Shown here: positions 32,201-43,027 of the stretch, piece by piece
Layout of the letters: every line of letters starts with the position of its first letter
Numbering within the stretch: position 1 is the first letter of the stretch
From: an uncultured Gemmatimonadales bacterium
GTDB taxonomy: Bacteria; Gemmatimonadota; Gemmatimonadetes; Gemmatimonadales; GWC2-71-9
DNA length: 64,000 nt
Reading direction: 5' to 3'
Assembly: GCA_963828735.1 (NCBI GenBank)
Contig: CAWHFW010000005.1
Coordinates: 256,001 to 320,000, forward strand
Program-made: the position numbers and the translations under genes
Notes under the pieces: model-generated
The model's database searches: none
Told to the model about the DNA's origin: nothing
What the model saw: only the letters and a program-made list of their open reading frames with translations

Positions 32201-33922
32201 GAGTATCTCGCCCGCGCGGAGGAGCTGGAGATCAAGATCGTCCAGGGCGCGAAGCCGGGCGAAGGCGGACAGCTCCCGGCGCACAAGGTCACCGATCTGA
32301 TCGCCCGCCTCCGGCACTCCGTGCCCGGCGTGTCGCTCATCTCGCCGCCGCCCCATCACGACATCTATTCAATCGAGGACCTGGCGCAGCTGATCCACGA
32401 TCTCAAGACGGTGAATCCGCGCGCGCGGGTGGGCGTCAAGCTGGTCGCCGAGACCGGCGTCGGGACCGTCGCGGCGGGCGTGGCGAAGGCGTACGCCGAC
32501 TACGTCCTCATCGCCGGACACAACGGCGGCACGGGCGCCTCCCCGCTGTCATCCATCAAGCACGCGGGCTCGCCGTGGGAGCTCGGGCTCGCGGAGGCGC
32601 AGGCGACCCTCGTCCGCAACGGGCTTCGGCACCGCATCGAGGTGCGGACAGACGGCGGGCTCAAGGCCGGACGTGATGTGGTGATCGCGGCGCTGCTCGG
32701 CGCGGAGTCCTACGGATTCGGAACGGCCCCGCTTGTCGCGATGGGCTGCGCGATGGCGCGCCAATGCCACGTCAACACGTGTCCGACCGGCATCGCCACA
32801 CAACGGGAGGATCTGCGGGCCAAGTTCAAGGGCACCCCCGAGCAGGTGATCCGGTACTTCACGCTCCTGGCCGAGGATGTCCGGCAGATTCTCGCCGGCA
32901 TGGGCTTCCGCACGCTCGACGAGATCATCGGCCGCTCGGACCTGCTGCAGCGGATCGAGCGACCGGACGTGCCGCGCGCGCAGATGCTGGACCTTTCGGT
33001 CCTGCTCGCGCCCCCGGCCAGCGCCGGCCCCACCCGGCGCACCGAGGCGCGGAACGATCGGCCGGGGGTCGTGTCCCTCGATACGGAGGTCCTCGCCGAT
33101 CTCGAGCCGTACCTCGAGAGCGGACTGCCCTTCTCGGGAGCGTATCCGATCCACAACCATCATCTGACCGTGGGCGCGCGAGTGGCCGGCGCCATCGCCG
33201 AGCGCAACGGCGACGCGGGCCTTCCCCCCGGGGCGGTCCGCCTTCGGTTCACCGGGAGCGCAGGTCAGAGCTTCGGTGCGTTCACCTGTCGGGGCATGCA
33301 CCTCGAGCTCGAAGGCGAAGCGAACGACTACGTGGGCAAGGGACTGAGCGGTGGCGAGCTGGTCATCCGGCCCTTCCGCCGGGCCGCGTACGCCGATGCG
33401 TCGCACCAGCACCTGATCATCGGCAATACGATCCTCTACGGCGCCACCGCCGGGAAGCTGTTCGCCGCCGGCCAAGCGGGCGATCGCTTCGCGGTGCGCA
33501 ACTCCGGCGCGATCGCGGTGATCGAAGGCGCCGGCAACCACTGCTGCGAGTACATGACGGCCGGCATCGTGGTCGTGCTCGGCCGGGCGGGGCGGAACTT
33601 CGGGGCCGGAATGTCGAACGGCGTGGCGTACGTCGTGGACGAGGCGGGCACCTTCGGGACCCGCGTCAACCAGGACATGGTGGAGGTCGCGGAGCTCGAC
33701 GACACCGATAGCCTGGTCCTTCAACGTCTCATCCGCGAGCACGAGGAGAAGACCGCGAGTCCGCGCGCACGCCGCATCCTGGTCCACTGGGATCAGTTCC
33801 TGCCCGTGTTCAGGAAGGTGGTCGCCCGGAATTCGGCCCAGCTCGTGGCCGCGGCACGGGACGCGTATCTCCAATCCGTTTCGAGCGAGTTGGAGGTGGT
33901 GCTGGAGCGGCGAAGCGCGTAA
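29300..33922 (+). CDS. gltB: Glutamate synthase large subunit
   Basis: Propeptide then DACGVGF, HQRYSTNT, SNSGEGGE, GAKPGEGGQLP, CAMARQCHVNTC [3Fe-4S] motif; GGAGG ribosome-binding site. Confidence 0.97.
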   Translation: MAAPGQRIHPAGSHSLDPRHRAAPPDRALDPAREHDACGVGFVAHASGARSHEVVRMALEAVARVAHRGAASTDNSGDGAGLLTQIPHRLFYRDAYRLGLHLQPGLPFGVGAFFLPREPHALGESVAMVEAVLAEDGIPFLGWRDVPTHQAALGPTALASCPVIRQVLVGRPALAADEEQWEQSLYLARREMERRAEERRLPDFYVCSLSCRTIVYKALLTGTQLPAFFTDFRYPEYESAIAVFHQRYSTNTLPSWPLAQPFRLLAHNGEINTLWGNRNAMTMRQPMLASPVWGRKIERLRQVIWREGSDSASLDNAMELLVRSGRDVVHTSMMMVPQAWEKYPDVDPAVKAFYEYHQCVLEPWDGPAAIAFTDGVRCGASVDRNGLRPSRYKVRRDGLVVSGSEVGLVDLDPREVVECGKVGPGEVLVVDTGRGEVIRNLDAKREVAGRRPYARWVARYMATLVPDPARVPPVHTGTRLAHSQRTFGYGFEDLRLVLEPMGGTGADPVWSMGDDTPIPPLSAVPQSLYAYFRQRFAQVTNPPIDSLRESMVMSLRMHLGRRGSPLLERPSYARMLRLEHPVLLPEEMAALRNVAGFSTVTLDAVWDPTRGVDGLRPALTALRRGAERAARRGAHILVISDRAADATHAPIPMLLAVGAVRQHLVHTGLRARVGLVAEAGDAFDIHHFATLIGYGAEAVHPWLALETLEGLFAEAREPSRRERDGDAAPRPTPAEARGQFRAAAEKGLLKILSKMGISTLSSYCGAQIFEALGLGQEVIGACFAGTASPLGGIGFEEIAEDVLARHRAAYPPAQAADDEVSLPDHGRVRFRKDGEDHGWAPPVVVALQQAVKSGGSDAYGGFLVKHGSRRPAGPRDLLTMRAGTPVPLEEVESAEAIRTRFVSSAMSLGALSPEAHATLSIAMNRMGARSNSGEGGEDPHSYHGFANGDRADNRIKQVASARFGVTTEYLARAEELEIKIVQGAKPGEGGQLPAHKVTDLIARLRHSVPGVSLISPPPHHDIYSIEDLAQLIHDLKTVNPRARVGVKLVAETGVGTVAAGVAKAYADYVLIAGHNGGTGASPLSSIKHAGSPWELGLAEAQATLVRNGLRHRIEVRTDGGLKAGRDVVIAALLGAESYGFGTAPLVAMGCAMARQCHVNTCPTGIATQREDLRAKFKGTPEQVIRYFTLLAEDVRQILAGMGFRTLDEIIGRSDLLQRIERPDVPRAQMLDLSVLLAPPASAGPTRRTEARNDRPGVVSLDTEVLADLEPYLESGLPFSGAYPIHNHHLTVGARVAGAIAERNGDAGLPPGAVRLRFTGSAGQSFGAFTCRGMHLELEGEANDYVGKGLSGGELVIRPFRRAAYADASHQHLIIGNTILYGATAGKLFAAGQAGDRFAVRNSGAIAVIEGAGNHCCEYMTAGIVVVLGRAGRNFGAGMSNGVAYVVDEAGTFGTRVNQDMVEVAELDDTDSLVLQRLIREHEEKTASPRARRILVHWDQFLPVFRKVVARNSAQLVAAARDAYLQSVSSELEVVLERRSA

Positions 33923-34042
33923 GGAGCCACCGAGACATACGCCTGCACCACATGCATCCCAAATTGCGGCGGTGCAAGCAGTTAAAGTTGCTCTCCATCG
34001 TGGGTCGCATGGCCCGGGTAGTCGGCACCGGGCCGTTGGCTC

Positions 34043-34089
34043 TTGCATGGTTGAGTCACGAAGCATACACTTGCTAGACGACAAGCAAG
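34043..34089 (+). promoter_or_regulatory. Sigma70 promoter with overlapping palindromic operator, probably bound by the TetR protein
   Basis: TTGCAT-17 nt-TACACT(34066-34071); CTTGCT-N8-AGCAAG at 34070-34089. Confidence 0.6.
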
Positions 34090-34110
34090 CCATGCCAACT
34101 GGAGATTCTC

Positions 34111-34785
34111 GTGACCCAGCCCGCCGAGAAGGAACGCAACGCCGCTCGGTCACGATCGGCCATCCTCGATGCGGCCGAACGCCTGTTCGCCGAACGCGGA
34201 TACGACGGGACCAGCCTCAACGAAGTCGGCGCCGCCGCCGGCGTCAGTCGGGGCACGCCCGGCTATTTCTTCGGCAGCAAGGCCGATTTGTACCGGGCCG
34301 TCCTCGATCGTGCGTTCGCGGAGGTGCGCGAGGCGGTCCGCGCCGGTCGCGCGCGCGCGCTTGCGAGCAGCCAGACGGCCGAGGCGATTCTCGCCGGCGC
34401 CGTCTCCGACTACTTCGACTTCCTGACCGCGCGACCGAATTTCGTTCGCCTCATCGAGCGGGAGGCCCTCAGCGGCGCGGGCCTGCTCGAAGGCGCCAGC
34501 CATCTCTCCGCGGGACAGGAGGCGCTCGCCGCGATCAGCGCCGAGCTGGGCCTCGACGACGGCGAATCGGGCGACGCAGCACAGCTCCTCCTGAGCATCA
34601 TCTCTCTCTGCTGGTTCCCCCTGATCCATGCGCGCACCGTGGCGCCCGCCGTCGGTGTCGAGCTCGAGCGCGCCGGCGACTTCGAGCGCCGCAAGCACCA
34701 CGTGGTGAGCCTGGTGCTCCACGGATTGCCCGGACTCGCCCGTTCCGCGACCCCCGCTCTCGTCGAGGCCAAGACCCATGACTGA
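34111..34785 (+). CDS. TetR/AcrR family transcriptional regulator
   Basis: [27 protein letters not shown]...YFFGSK helix-turn-helix. Confidence 0.93.
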   Translation: MTQPAEKERNAARSRSAILDAAERLFAERGYDGTSLNEVGAAAGVSRGTPGYFFGSKADLYRAVLDRAFAEVREAVRAGRARALASSQTAEAILAGAVSDYFDFLTARPNFVRLIEREALSGAGLLEGASHLSAGQEALAAISAELGLDDGESGDAAQLLLSIISLCWFPLIHARTVAPAVGVELERAGDFERRKHHVVSLVLHGLPGLARSATPALVEAKTHD

Positions 34786-36652
34786 CGTCCTCACCCCTCG
34801 CACGCCGCCACCCGAGCAGCCGCTCGCCACCGAGCAGGAGGCTCGAGAGGTGGCCGAGGCGGCCCGGGAAAAGGAATGGGAGGCGCCGAGCTTCGTGCGC
34901 GAGCTGTTCGAGGGCTCCTTCCGCCTGGACCTGGTCCATCCCTTCCCTGCAATGGACCCCGCGGATGTCGAGCGTGCCCGGCCCTTCATGGAGCGCCTCG
35001 AGCGCTTCCTCGCCGAGCGCGTCGACAGCGACCGCATCGACCGGGAGGGCAGGATCCCGGCGGACGTGATCCAGGGACTTCGCGACCTCGGCGCGTTCGG
35101 CATCAAGATTCCCGAGGAGTACGGCGGCCTCGGCCTGAGCCAAACCGCCTACACTCACGCCATCGGCATGGTGACCAGCGTGGACGGCAACCTGACGGCG
35201 CTGCTCTCCGCCGCGCAGTCGATCGGCGTGCCGCAGCCGCTCAAGCTCTTCGGCACCCCGGAACAGAAGCGGCGGTACCTGCCGCGCCTCGCCAAGGGGG
35301 CGATCAGCGCGTTCGCGCTCACCGAGAGCAACGTCGGCAGCGACCCGGCCGCCATGCAGACGACCGCGGTGCTGTCGGAGGACGGCACGCACTACCTCCT
35401 CAATGGCGAGAAACTCTGGTGCACCAACGGCACCATCGCCGAACTGATGGTGGTGATGGCACGCACGGGGCCCAAGAAGATCACCGCCTTCATCGTCGAG
35501 GCCGACTGGCCCGGGGTGGAGGTGGTACAGCGCCTCCATTTCATGGGCCTCAAGGCCATCGAGAACGGCATCATTCGCTTCACCGACGTGAAGGTGCCCG
35601 TCGAAAACATGCTGTGGGGCGAGGGGAAGGGCCTGAAGCTCGCGCTCGTCACCCTCAACACCGGCCGGCTCACGCTTCCCGCATCGGCCGTGGCGGGCTC
35701 GAAGCGCGCCCTGGCGGTGGCGCGCCGCTGGGCAGCGGAGCGAGTCCAGTGGGGGCAGCCGATCGGCAAGCACGACGCCATCGCACAGAAGCTCGGGCGG
35801 ATGGCGGCCGACATCTTCGCCATGGAAGCGGTCGCCGATCTGGCGTCGCTCATGGCCGATGGTGGTCGCACGGACATCCGGCTCGAGGCCGCGATGGCCA
35901 AGATGTGGAACACCGAGGCCGGCTGGCGGATCGTGGATGACGCCCTCCAGATCAAGGGCGGCCGGGGGTACGAGACGGCGGATAGCCTGCGCAGTCGAGG
36001 TGAGCGTCCCGAGGCGATCGAGCGCATGATGCGCGACTACCGCATCAATCTGATTTTCGAAGGGTCGAGCGAGATCATGCGGCTGTTCATCGCACGGGAG
36101 GCGGTGGACACACACCTGAAGGTTGCGGGCGCTTTGATCGATCCCAAGCGCTCGACAGCCGAGAAGCTCTCGGCGCTGGCGCGATCGGCAGTGTTCTACG
36201 GGACGTGGTACCCCCGCCTGTGGTTCGGCCTCCGGGGGCGGATCGGGTACGGCGGCTTCGGCCCGCTCGCCCCGCACCTTCGGTTCGTGGACCGCGCCAG
36301 CCGCAAGCTCGCGCGGACGCTGTTTCACTGCATGGTGCGATTCGGTCCCAAGCTCGAGAAGCGGCAGGCGGTCCTGGGACGACTGGTCGAAATCGGCGCC
36401 GAGCTGCTGGCGATCAGCGCAGCCTGCAGCCGCGCTCAGGCCATGATCCAGCGGGATCCGGCGAACCGCGGCCCGGTGGAGCTGGCCGACCTCTTCAGTC
36501 GTCAGGCCCGCCGCCGGATCGAGGACCGGTTCGCGGCTGTGTTCGACAACGACGACGTCGCCGCGTACGCGGTGGCCCAACAGGTGATCCAGGGCCAGCA
36601 TGCCTGGCTCGAGCAGGGGATGGCACGGGTCGAGCCCTGGACCGCGGCCTGA
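34778..36652 (+). CDS. Acyl-CoA dehydrogenase (long, VLCAD-like)
   Basis: [33 protein letters not shown] motifs. Confidence 0.92.
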   Translation: MTDVLTPRTPPPEQPLATEQEAREVAEAAREKEWEAPSFVRELFEGSFRLDLVHPFPAMDPADVERARPFMERLERFLAERVDSDRIDREGRIPADVIQGLRDLGAFGIKIPEEYGGLGLSQTAYTHAIGMVTSVDGNLTALLSAAQSIGVPQPLKLFGTPEQKRRYLPRLAKGAISAFALTESNVGSDPAAMQTTAVLSEDGTHYLLNGEKLWCTNGTIAELMVVMARTGPKKITAFIVEADWPGVEVVQRLHFMGLKAIENGIIRFTDVKVPVENMLWGEGKGLKLALVTLNTGRLTLPASAVAGSKRALAVARRWAAERVQWGQPIGKHDAIAQKLGRMAADIFAMEAVADLASLMADGGRTDIRLEAAMAKMWNTEAGWRIVDDALQIKGGRGYETADSLRSRGERPEAIERMMRDYRINLIFEGSSEIMRLFIAREAVDTHLKVAGALIDPKRSTAEKLSALARSAVFYGTWYPRLWFGLRGRIGYGGFGPLAPHLRFVDRASRKLARTLFHCMVRFGPKLEKRQAVLGRLVEIGAELLAISAACSRAQAMIQRDPANRGPVELADLFSRQARRRIEDRFAAVFDNDDVAAYAVAQQVIQGQHAWLEQGMARVEPWTAA

Positions 36653-36708
36653 GGCCCGTGGTCCGGCGGCCGCCGACTATCTTTCAGCAACCCCAACGCG
36701 AGCGGCAG

Positions 36709-37098
36709 ATGGCGATAGCCGAAGGCAGGACGATACCGTTCACCGGTCCCGAGGCGGTGGATGTGGCCGTGCTCGAGACGTTCGAGTACGCCGGCCCCGA
36801 GCAGGAGATCGTGACCGAGACGCGGGAGTTCAGCCCGGTCTGCCCCTACAGCGGGCTGCCGGACTTCGCCACGCTACGGATCGTGTACGTGCCCGGCGAC
36901 CGGTGCATCGAGCTCAAGAGCCTCAAGTACTACGTCATCAGCTATCGCAGCGTCGGGATCTTTCAGGAGCACGCGACCGCCAAGATCGCCGAGGATCTGT
37001 TCGGCGTCCTACGGCCTCGGCGACTCACCGTGACCACGGTGTACAACACGCGTGGCGGATTCGACACCACCTGCTCGGTGACGCTGCCCCGCGCGTAG
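36709..37098 (+). CDS. queF: NADPH-dependent preQ0 reductase (type I)
   Basis: EFSPVCPYSGLPDF, ELKSLKYY, RGG motifs. Confidence 0.9.
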   Translation: MAIAEGRTIPFTGPEAVDVAVLETFEYAGPEQEIVTETREFSPVCPYSGLPDFATLRIVYVPGDRCIELKSLKYYVISYRSVGIFQEHATAKIAEDLFGVLRPRRLTVTTVYNTRGGFDTTCSVTLPRA

Positions 37099-37122
37099 AT
37101 CGTCGTCTTCGGCAAGCGAGAA

Positions 37123-37168
37123 GAGTGCCCGAGTGCGTCGCGGTGACGCATTCGGGCACTCCGTCTTT
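37123..37168. terminator. Long hairpin between convergent queF and M28 peptidase genes
   Basis: GAGTGCCCGAGTGCGTC / GACGCATTCGGGCACTC 17-bp stem with one G-U pair. Confidence 0.6.
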
Positions 37169-37240
37169 CACGTGACGCCGTCAGTTCATCCCGCCAGGGC
37201 TCACGCGCGTTCCGCTGCCGCCTGAGCCCGGAATGCGTAA

Positions 37241-38755
37241 CTAGTTGGTCGTCGCGCCGGCTGACGGCTTGGTGGGCACGGTCTCCGGCGCGCGCTTGGG
37301 TCCGCGCGCCAACAGCTCCGGCAGGTTCGCCAGCTCGAACGCCGTCACGGCCATGACCGCGGCAGCCTGTTCGAGGTCCCCCGGCACGGCCTTGTCGAAG
37401 GTGTCGCTCTGCGAGTGGTGGGTATGGGGGTAGCCACGGGGGAGCTGGTCGAAATTGAAGCCGGGCACGCCGTACGGCAGGAAGCTCAGATGATCGGTGC
37501 CGGACTTCGAGGCGTTGCGAACGCTGTCGGCGCCGAGGTAGGCCACCGGCGCGAGCAGGTCGCGCCACAGTCCTTCGAGCTCCGGGCGACCCTGGAGCGC
37601 CTGGCCGGTGATGGCTCCGGTCCCGTTGTCGAGCACCAGCACGGCCTGCATGCTGTCCGCCTCTCCCGCATGCGCGGCGGCATACGCCTTCGAGCCCAGC
37701 AGTCCCTCCTCTTCGCCGCTGAATAGGATGAAACGGATCGTCCGCTTCGGTCTGAGGCCCGATTGGGCGAGCATTCGCGCGGCCTCGAGCACGACCATCG
37801 AGCCGGTGCCGTTGTCCGTGACGCCCTGCCCCAGATCCCAGCTGTCGAGATGCGCGCCCAGGATGACCACCTGCCCTGGCCGCTCGCTGCCGCGGAGCTC
37901 GGCGACGGTGTTCCGCTGCTGCACCGGAGCCCGGCCGATGACGTTCTCCACCTTTCCCTGGAGACGCGGGCCGGCGCCGGAGACGATCTGTCGCTCGAGC
38001 ATCGCGTAGTCCTCGTGCGCGATCACGAGGTTGGGGAGCGGTGACACCCGGTTCGGCGAGCCGCTCATGGTCATCAGGGCGTGCTCCTTGGAACCGTCCA
38101 CCAGGGTGCCCAGGGCGCCGGCGGTCTTGAGCACGTACGGCAGGTCGAGCGCGAACTGCCGGCGCGCGAGGACGGCGGCCGCGCTCGTGTCCGCCGTTGC
38201 CTGCCCGCGTGCCTTGAGGGTCTGGGCCTGAGTCGCCGAGTCGGCCGCGGTCATCGGGGGTCCGTCGGGATTCCAGAGCGGATACGCCGAGCGCGGTAGG
38301 ACCCAGGCACCTCGAACCTTGCCCTTGTACGCGGCCAGGCTGTCTGGCGTGGTCAGGTCCGCGAGCACCACCGGCCCGGTGAGGATCTTGCCGACCGTTC
38401 CGGCGGTCCACGCCCAGCTCTGTGCCGTGATCGTTCGCGTGAACGGCGCGATCAGCCTGAGGGACGCCGACCCGCGCTCCCACGTGACGCCGAAGGTGTA
38501 GGCCTCCAGGGATGTGGTGAGGCCATAGGCGCGGAACCGTCCGGCGGTCCAGTCGTTCGCGCGGCGCATCGCGGCGGAGCCGGAGAGACGGGGGCCGATG
38601 ACGTCGCTCAGCTCCCGGAGATTGGTCATGACTTCGGAGTGGTCCATCGCTTGGGCGATGAGCGCGCCGGCGCCGGTGGTATCTACCGTGACCTGCGCGT
38701 GGACACGCGGCGGAGTCGCGAGCAGGATCGCGAGGAACAGCAGGGATCGGGACAT
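37241..38755 (-). CDS. Secreted M28 family peptidase (carboxypeptidase Q-like)
   Basis: Signal peptide; GAHLDSWD, DNGTG, GEEEGL, DH and HH zinc-site motifs. Confidence 0.88.
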   Translation of the reverse strand: MSRSLLFLAILLATPPRVHAQVTVDTTGAGALIAQAMDHSEVMTNLRELSDVIGPRLSGSAAMRRANDWTAGRFRAYGLTTSLEAYTFGVTWERGSASLRLIAPFTRTITAQSWAWTAGTVGKILTGPVVLADLTTPDSLAAYKGKVRGAWVLPRSAYPLWNPDGPPMTAADSATQAQTLKARGQATADTSAAAVLARRQFALDLPYVLKTAGALGTLVDGSKEHALMTMSGSPNRVSPLPNLVIAHEDYAMLERQIVSGAGPRLQGKVENVIGRAPVQQRNTVAELRGSERPGQVVILGAHLDSWDLGQGVTDNGTGSMVVLEAARMLAQSGLRPKRTIRFILFSGEEEGLLGSKAYAAAHAGEADSMQAVLVLDNGTGAITGQALQGRPELEGLWRDLLAPVAYLGADSVRNASKSGTDHLSFLPYGVPGFNFDQLPRGYPHTHHSQSDTFDKAVPGDLEQAAAVMAVTAFELANLPELLARGPKRAPETVPTKPSAGATTN

Positions 38756-38805
38756 GACAGGCCGTTCGGTGGCTTGGGAGTCGGTGAAGTTCGTCATCGA
38801 GGCGC

Positions 38806-39633
38806 TCAGGCCGTGGCCGGCACACCTGAGACCAGCCGTCCGGCAAGGCCCATCAAGATGGGCCGGTCGACCGAGGCCGTCCAGGCGGACGGAATCGCCG
38901 CTGCCCCGTCGCGGGCCCCGAGCAGCGCGCCGACCAGTCCCGCCCTGCCGGCCCTCGCCGAGCCCGCCCCCGCGAACTCGGCGAGGCCGCGCTCGAGCAA
39001 CGGCTCGTGGTAGGCGAGACGAAGTGCCGCCACGACGTCGGCCGGCGCGTGACCGGCCGCGACGGCGGCCTCCTCGACCTGCGCGCGGCGCGGTAGCGGC
39101 ACGCGCCGTACGGCAAGGAGTAGCTCCTCCGGCACATCGTTACTTCGAAGCGCCTCGATGACGTCGGGCACCACATCCCGCTTCCCGTTCACGCAGCCGG
39201 CGACGGCGACGTTCATCGCCACCGCCGCCCACGCGACCAGGGGGTGAGGATGGGTCAGCGCGACCACGTGATAGGTCGCGCTCACGAGGGTGCGAGGCGC
39301 GTCGTGGCAGGCCAGCGCGATCGGGACCGCGCGCAGCAGCGGGTCGCTGCCGAGACCGGCCGCCTGGGACGGAGGAGCATCGTGACGCGTAAGGTGGGCC
39401 AGCGCGGCGCTGGTCTCGGCATCGATGTCCGTCGAATCGGCCGCGTGGCGCGCTACCCATCGATGCGCCAGCGCCTGGAGGTCGCGACGCCCGGATGCGA
39501 GCTCGTCGGCGAGGAGGAGCATCAGCGCCATGGTGCCGTCCGGGCCCCGGTCCTGCGCCAGCGCGCGTCCCGCGCCAAGGCCGAGGAGCGCGCCCGCGGC
39601 GCGATCGGTGAGCGTGGAAACGGGCTTGGTCAG
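38806..39633 (-). CDS. ADP-ribosylglycohydrolase-fold protein, catalytically degenerate (probable CTG start)
   Basis: DRAAGALLGL N-terminal motif, THP, GALLGARDG..AIP..W C-terminal motif; GGAG 5 nt before CTG at 39633. Confidence 0.75.
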   Translation of the reverse strand: MTKPVSTLTDRAAGALLGLGAGRALAQDRGPDGTMALMLLLADELASGRRDLQALAHRWVARHAADSTDIDAETSAALAHLTRHDAPPSQAAGLGSDPLLRAVPIALACHDAPRTLVSATYHVVALTHPHPLVAWAAVAMNVAVAGCVNGKRDVVPDVIEALRSNDVPEELLLAVRRVPLPRRAQVEEAAVAAGHAPADVVAALRLAYHEPLLERGLAEFAGAGSARAGRAGLVGALLGARDGAAAIPSAWTASVDRPILMGLAGRLVSGVPATA

Positions 39634-39742
39634 GGTCGCTCCGGACGAATTTTTCGGGTGGCGGACGGTACCCGGCTCAAGTTATACTCGGGAAACCGTC
39701 TTACGCTCACCTGGCGCGCTCGACTTACGAAGGAGCAGGCTC

Positions 39743-41026
39743 GTGGCCAAAGATACGCTCACGATCACGGACAACCGCACTGGGAAGAGCTACGAGGTAC
39801 CGATCGAGGATGAGACGATCAAGGCCACCGATCTCCGCCAGATCAAGGTGTCGAGCGACGAGTTCGGGATGATGACGTACGACCCGGCATTCATGAACAC
39901 CGCCGCCTGCCGGAGCGGGATCACCTTCATCGACGGCGACAAGGGCATCCTGCGGTATCGCGGGTATCCCATCGAGCAGTTGGCAGAGCAGTCGAGCTTC
40001 CTGGAGGTGGCGTACCTCCTGTGCGAGGGAGAGCTCCCCACCAAGGCCCAGCTCAAGACGTGGGACGAGACCATCAAGTTCCACACCTACGTGCACACCA
40101 ACATCACCAAGTTCCTCGAGGGGTTCCGCTACGACGCCCACCCGATGGGCATGCTCCTCGGCGTGGTCGGCGCGCTCTCGACGTTCTATCCCGACGCCAA
40201 GAACATCCACGACCCCGCCAATCGCTACCTGCAGCGCGTCCGGCTCCTGGCCAAGGCGCCCACGATCGCGTCCTTCGCGTTCCGCCACTCGCGGGGGCTG
40301 CCCTTCGTCTTCCCGGACAACGATCTGGACTACATCGGCAACTTCGTCAACATGACGTTCAGCATCGGCGGCAGGCACCGGCCGAACAAGGTGCTGCAGC
40401 GCGCGCTCGAGATCCTGCTCATCCTGCACGCGGATCACGAGCAGAACTGCTCGACCAGCGCCGTGCGCGCGGTCGGCTCCTCGCACGTGGATCCGTTCTC
40501 CGCCATCAGCGCGGGCATCGCCGCCCTGTACGGTCCGCTCCACGGCGGCGCGAACGAGGCCGTGCTCCTCATGCTGGACGAGATCGGCGAGAAGAAGAAC
40601 GTCCCGCGCTTCATCGAGGAGGTGAAGGCTGGCCGCGGCCGGCTGATGGGATTCGGCCACCGCGTGTACAAGTCGTACGACCCGCGGGCCAAGCTCATCA
40701 AGCGGGTGGCGGACGATGTGTTCGGCCAGACCGGCCTCAACCCCAAGCTCGAGATCGCCCTCGAGCTGGAGCGGATCGCGCTCGAAGACGACTACTTCAT
40801 CAAGCGGAAGCTGTATCCGAACGTGGACTTCTACTCGGGGCTCATCTATCAGGCGATGGGCTATCCCACCGAGTACTTCACGGTCCTCTTCGCCCTGGGC
40901 CGGATGCCGGGCTGGCTGGCGCAGTGGGAAGAAATGCTGCTCGACAAGGACCAGAAGATCGCCAGGCCGCGACAGATCTACACCGGAAAGGACGAGCGGC
41001 CGTTCGTCCCCATCGACAAGCGGTGA
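39743..41026 (+). CDS. gltA: Citrate synthase
   Basis: [36 protein letters not shown] start with AGGAG. Confidence 0.96.
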   Translation: MAKDTLTITDNRTGKSYEVPIEDETIKATDLRQIKVSSDEFGMMTYDPAFMNTAACRSGITFIDGDKGILRYRGYPIEQLAEQSSFLEVAYLLCEGELPTKAQLKTWDETIKFHTYVHTNITKFLEGFRYDAHPMGMLLGVVGALSTFYPDAKNIHDPANRYLQRVRLLAKAPTIASFAFRHSRGLPFVFPDNDLDYIGNFVNMTFSIGGRHRPNKVLQRALEILLILHADHEQNCSTSAVRAVGSSHVDPFSAISAGIAALYGPLHGGANEAVLLMLDEIGEKKNVPRFIEEVKAGRGRLMGFGHRVYKSYDPRAKLIKRVADDVFGQTGLNPKLEIALELERIALEDDYFIKRKLYPNVDFYSGLIYQAMGYPTEYFTVLFALGRMPGWLAQWEEMLLDKDQKIARPRQIYTGKDERPFVPIDKR

Positions 41027-41030
41027 ACGC

Positions 41031-42971
<1,941 letters not shown>

Positions 42972-42984
42972 GGCAGGCAGTCGG

Positions 42985-43014
42985 AGGTCGTAGGCCGCGC
43001 GGCCTACGACCTTT
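42985..43014. terminator. Hairpin terminator between convergent acs and speA
   Basis: AGGTCGTAGGCC-GCGC-GGCCTACGACCT. Confidence 0.65.
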
Positions 43015-43027
43015 CGCGGGGCAGCGG

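Noticed and set aside
36653..36708. preQ1 riboswitch before queF or queC
   Set aside because: No recognisable preQ1 stem-loop with an A-rich tail; the spacers are short
40716..41030. N-terminal extensions of acs (and of gltA, actD, actF, leuC, ilvB, ilvN, queF) in the ORF track
   Set aside because: They overlap neighbouring genes; better starts with an RBS or a stop-start overlap exist
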